From Bacteroidales bacterium (GTDB lineage Bacteria; Bacteroidota; Bacteroidia; Bacteroidales; UBA7960): a stretch of 60,739 nucleotides of DNA. This document shows, piece by piece, positions 57,418 to 60,739 of this stretch (position 1 is its first letter; each line of letters starts with the position of its first letter). The notes beneath the pieces were generated by a model. It had not been told where the DNA came from, did not search any database, and worked only from the letters and a program-made list of their open reading frames with translations. Location: the NCBI GenBank assembly GCA_007125585.1, contig SLCY01000023.1, positions 1 to 60,739 on the forward strand, read 5' to 3'. A program made the translations under genes and the position numbers.

Positions 57418-59019
57418 TCAGGAGGGTTCTTTTGTTGGGGCATGAACAGCTGCCATACATTCTTTGGCTCCCTCGCCGATGGCCTCCCCGGTTTGCTGAT
57501 CCCACCGTCCTTCTTTGATTTGTTGAAGCACGTCAGGATGCTTTTCCCGCATATACCTGACCAGCTCTTTCTCAAATTGCGATATTTTGAGGAGCGGCAG
57601 GTCCATCAGCAATCCTCTTGTGCCACAATAGAGGATGATGACCTGTTCTTCAGCGGGGAGTGGTCTGAACTGACCCTGTTTGAGGATTTCCATGTTTCTG
57701 GCTCCTTTGTCGAGGATCGCTTTCGTTTCGGGGTCGAGATCGGTGCCAAATTTTGCAAAAGCTTCCAGTTCGCGGTACTGGGCCTGATCGATCTTGAGTG
57801 TTCCGGCCACTTTTTTCATTGGAACCATCTGGGCATTTCCGCCGACGCGGCTTACGGAGATCCCCACATTGATCGCTGGCCGGACACCGGCGTTAAAGAG
57901 GCTGGTTTCGAGGAATATCTGGCCGTCAGTGATGGATATCACATTGGTCGGGATATAGGCAGACACATCGCCCGACTGGGTTTCAACGATGGGCAGTGCG
58001 GTGAGGGATCCACCTCCCCTGACCATCTCTTTTATTGAATCGGGCACGTCGTTCATCTTTTGTGCGATGTTGTCGGATGCGATGATCTTTGCGGCCCGCT
58101 CGAGCAGTCGTGAGTGGAGGTAAAACACATCGCCCGGAAAGGCTTCCCTTCCCGGGGGGCGTCGGAGCAGCAGGGACACTTCCCTGTAGGAAACGGCTTG
58201 TTTTGACAGGTCGTCGTAGATGACCAGGGCATGGCGTCCGGTATCTCTAAAAAATTCTCCTATGGCCGCTCCGGTAAAGGGGGCGAAGAACTGCATGGCT
58301 GCCGGCTCGCTGGCGGAGGATGCAACCACTACTGTATAAGGCATGGCACCATGCTTTTCGAGCTGTTCCACAATGTTGGCCACTGTAGAACCTTTTTGCC
58401 CGATTGCGACATAAACACAAAAGACCGGCTTGCCTTTCTCGTAGCATTCACGCTGGCTGATGATGGTATCTATGGCGATGGCTGTTTTACCTGTTTGCCG
58501 GTCACCAATAATGAGCTCACGCTGTCCCCTCCCTATGGGTATCATCGCATCGATGGCCTTTATCCCCGTCTGGAGAGGTTCATTGACAGGCTGGCGATAG
58601 ATGACGCCCGGGGCTTTACGTTCCAGGGGCATCTCATACAGTGGATCCTCTATGTTACCCTTTCCGTCAATCGGCTGGCCCAGCGTGTTCACCACACGCC
58701 CCAGAAGCGCCTCACCAACCTTCACAGAGACAATACGCCCGGTGCGTTTAACGATATCCCCCTCTTTCAGATTCCGGGAATCACCCAGCAAAACGACGCC
58801 GGCATTGTCTTCTTCCAGGTTCAGCACCACCCCTGTCAACCCATTGTCATTACAGGAGATCATCTCTCCCGACCAGGCATTGCTCAACCCGTAAATACGG
58901 GCAATGCCGTCACCAACCTGCAACACGGTGCCGGTCTCTTCCAGTTCCGTTTCCATATTGAAGCCGGCCATCTCCTGTCGTAAGATGGCTGAAATCTCCG
59001 ATGGTTTTATCTGGGACAT
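57418..59019 (-). CDS. atpA: ATP synthase F1 alpha subunit
   Basis: [47 protein letters not shown]. Confidence 0.98.
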   Translation of the reverse strand: MSQIKPSEISAILRQEMAGFNMETELEETGTVLQVGDGIARIYGLSNAWSGEMISCNDNGLTGVVLNLEEDNAGVVLLGDSRNLKEGDIVKRTGRIVSVKVGEALLGRVVNTLGQPIDGKGNIEDPLYEMPLERKAPGVIYRQPVNEPLQTGIKAIDAMIPIGRGQRELIIGDRQTGKTAIAIDTIISQRECYEKGKPVFCVYVAIGQKGSTVANIVEQLEKHGAMPYTVVVASSASEPAAMQFFAPFTGAAIGEFFRDTGRHALVIYDDLSKQAVSYREVSLLLRRPPGREAFPGDVFYLHSRLLERAAKIIASDNIAQKMNDVPDSIKEMVRGGGSLTALPIVETQSGDVSAYIPTNVISITDGQIFLETSLFNAGVRPAINVGISVSRVGGNAQMVPMKKVAGTLKIDQAQYRELEAFAKFGTDLDPETKAILDKGARNMEILKQGQFRPLPAEEQVIILYCGTRGLLMDLPLLKISQFEKELVRYMREKHPDVLQQIKEGRWDQQTGEAIGEGAKECMAAVHAPTKEPS

Positions 59020-59031
59020 GTCGCCAACATT

Positions 59032-59577
59032 TTAAAGGTTTTGTAAATGCTTTTTAATCTGCTGAAACCGGCGCTTAACGCTGGCATTGTATTGCTTGTC
59101 GCCCAGGTTGAGAATGAAGCCTCCGATTAGATCCGGATCCACGGCCTCTTCAAACTCTATCTCATGCATGGTGAGTTTTCGTGCTGCTTCCATTGCCCGG
59201 TCGCGCAAGCTGTCATTCAGCGGGACAGCCGTGGTGACCTTAACCTGTTCAATGCCCAGATACTGCTTATAGACGGTCAGATAGGCACCGGAAATACCTT
59301 CCAGCATGTTGCCACGCTGCTTTCTGATGATGATCATCATGAATCTCAACATCAGCGGGTGCACACCATTTTGAAAGATGTGCGACACAAGCTTCTGTTT
59401 TTTAGCGTTCCTGACAACCGGACTTATTAACACAACGGTCAGTTCTTTGTTTTGCCGGAACACCTCATGAACCATTTTCATATCTGCATACGACCGTTCC
59501 AGAATGTTGTTTTCCACGGCCAGGGAAAGCAAGGCCCTGGCATAGCGTGTATTCAGCATACGGTTGTTCTGAGGCAT
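59032..59577 (-). CDS. atpH: ATP synthase delta subunit
   Basis: RYARAL, VTTAVPL, VDPDLIGGFIL, operon position. Start 59577 or 59559. Confidence 0.92.
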   Translation of the reverse strand: MPQNNRMLNTRYARALLSLAVENNILERSYADMKMVHEVFRQNKELTVVLISPVVRNAKKQKLVSHIFQNGVHPLMLRFMMIIIRKQRGNMLEGISGAYLTVYKQYLGIEQVKVTTAVPLNDSLRDRAMEAARKLTMHEIEFEEAVDPDLIGGFILNLGDKQYNASVKRRFQQIKKHLQNL

Positions 59578-59652
59578 TCTGTAAGGATTTATGTTTGCTA
59601 AGATGAGAAAGACCACGCAAAACCCTGTGATCGATTTTCAACAAAACACATA

Positions 59653-60147
59653 CTAATTCACCGTTACCTCTTCAAGCAGTTTATTGACATATCTTGCATT
59701 GCGCTCCCTGTCACTGAACTCTTCTTTCAGCACTTTTTCAGCGATATCCAGCGAAAGGTCAGAAAGCTGGCCTTTGATTTCCTCCATGGCTTCCTTCTTG
59801 TAGGTATTGATCAGTTCATCTGTCTTTTCGGTGATGAGGCGGGCTTCTTCCCTGGCTTTCTCTTTTGCCTTCTCAATAATTTTCTCGGCATCGGCATAGG
59901 CCCTGGCCGTTATCTCTTCATAGGTCATTTCGGCTTCGGCAACTTTGGAGGCCTTCAGTGTTGCGAGCTGAGACATCTCATATTCAATTCGTTTGGCGTC
60001 ACTGAAGGATTTGGCCAAATGTTTTTCGCGCTGATTCAGCACATGGAGAATGGGCCGCCACGCATATTTCTTTAAAATGAGCAATACAAACCCGAACGAT
60101 ATTGTCATCCAGAAGATGAGGCCCAAACCGGGCATTAATAGTTCCAT
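59653..60147 (-). CDS. atpF: ATP synthase Fo subunit b
   Basis: PGLGLIFW...LKKYAW.PI...L..RE followed by a coiled coil. Confidence 0.94.
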   Translation of the reverse strand: MELLMPGLGLIFWMTISFGFVLLILKKYAWRPILHVLNQREKHLAKSFSDAKRIEYEMSQLATLKASKVAEAEMTYEEITARAYADAEKIIEKAKEKAREEARLITEKTDELINTYKKEAMEEIKGQLSDLSLDIAEKVLKEEFSDRERNARYVNKLLEEVTVN

Positions 60148-60268
60148 AGTTCAATCGTTATGAATATACAACACATTCAAAAAAAACACCACTGCAACGA
60201 TCGCAATCCATCTTTCACAGCAGGCGAAGGCATGGTCGGGGCAGTCCAGGGGACCCCCGGCCGCAGGG

Positions 60269-60532
60269 CTACACAAACAGTGTCAGCAGGATGATCACCA
60301 GCGCAAAGAAGGTGATCCCCTCTATCAGTGCTGCCGCCACAACCATTGAGGAACGCAGGTCATTGCCGGCCTCAGGCTGTCTGGCAATATTGTCAATGGC
60401 ACTCCTGGCGATGAGCGAAATACCATAGGCGGCACCAAAAACAGCAATAACTGCCGTCAGGGCAGCCCCCATCTTCATCCATTCGTGTGCAATTTCCACA
60501 CTGTTAAGCAATACAAAAGGTAAGGACATCAT
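60269..60532 (-). CDS. atpE: ATP synthase Fo subunit c
   Basis: IARQPEA loop and ion-binding Glu in AALIEG. Confidence 0.95.
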   Translation of the reverse strand: MMSLPFVLLNSVEIAHEWMKMGAALTAVIAVFGAAYGISLIARSAIDNIARQPEAGNDLRSSMVVAAALIEGITFFALVIILLTLFV

Positions 60533-60556
60533 GTTTGTCGATTTAGGTTTATAACA

Positions 60557-60739
60557 TCAATGCTCCGCTTTTGGTACGGCCATACCAAAAAAGAACGCAC
60601 TAAACAAGGTAAAGATATATGCTTGCAAAAATGCAATAAGTATTTTCAAAAAGTTCAGAAAGATTAAAAATATGACTGTCAGTGGTGATATGGCATACCC
60701 CATCAATATGCTTACCGAACCGAGCACAAACACCAGCGA
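60557..60739 (-). CDS. atpB: ATP synthase Fo subunit a, 3' end only (not in the ORF track)
   Basis: Manual translation gives SLVFVLGSVSILMGYAISPLTVIFLIFLNFLKILIAFLQAYIFTLFSAFFFGMAVPKAEH*, containing the LQAYIFT motif. Confidence 0.92.
   Translation of the reverse strand, partial: SLVFVLGSVSILMGYAISPLTVIFLIFLNFLKILIAFLQAYIFTLFSAFFFGMAVPKAEH

Noticed and set aside
56496-60739. Na+-translocating or N-type ATPase
   Set aside because: Subunit c lacks the Na+ ligand signature, and a separate delta subunit is present in the standard B-E-F-H-A-G order.

Overview
A 60.7 kb, gene-dense chromosomal segment from a Bacteroidota (probably Bacteroidales) bacterium, judged from TAnnTTTG promoter boxes, the fused E1 alpha/beta 2-oxoacid dehydrogenase and typical gene orders (TPR-ribH, hpt-adk-obgE, thrS-infC-rpmI-rplT, atpB-E-F-H-A-G). 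I see no rRNA, tRNA, CRISPR array, transposase or prophage. Most genes are housekeeping. The most unusual block (12.3-28.9 kb) has an NADP-type and an NAD-type glutamate dehydrogenase bracketing two tandem paralogous proteins usually labelled PEP-synthase-like. Their apparent architecture is [GAF-like]-pseudo-receiver-receiver-helical module-ATP-grasp-putative phospho-His domain, with no PEP/pyruvate barrel, which suggests a dikinase-based signalling or protein-modifying system acting on GDH. A HydBC-type (NfnABC-like) flavoenzyme operon and a ferritin-like gene follow directly. Other notable items: a murL-murD2 alternative D-Glu route for peptidoglycan, a partial ygeY-ygeW/xdhC purine-degradation cluster, an orphan BlaI with a clear double operator, an ATA-start infC with a perfect Shine-Dalgarno, a structured rpmI-rplT spacer, alkaliphile-like substitutions in ATP synthase subunits a and c, and short tandem-repeat tracts. 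All functional calls come from recognising motifs by eye; no database searches were run.
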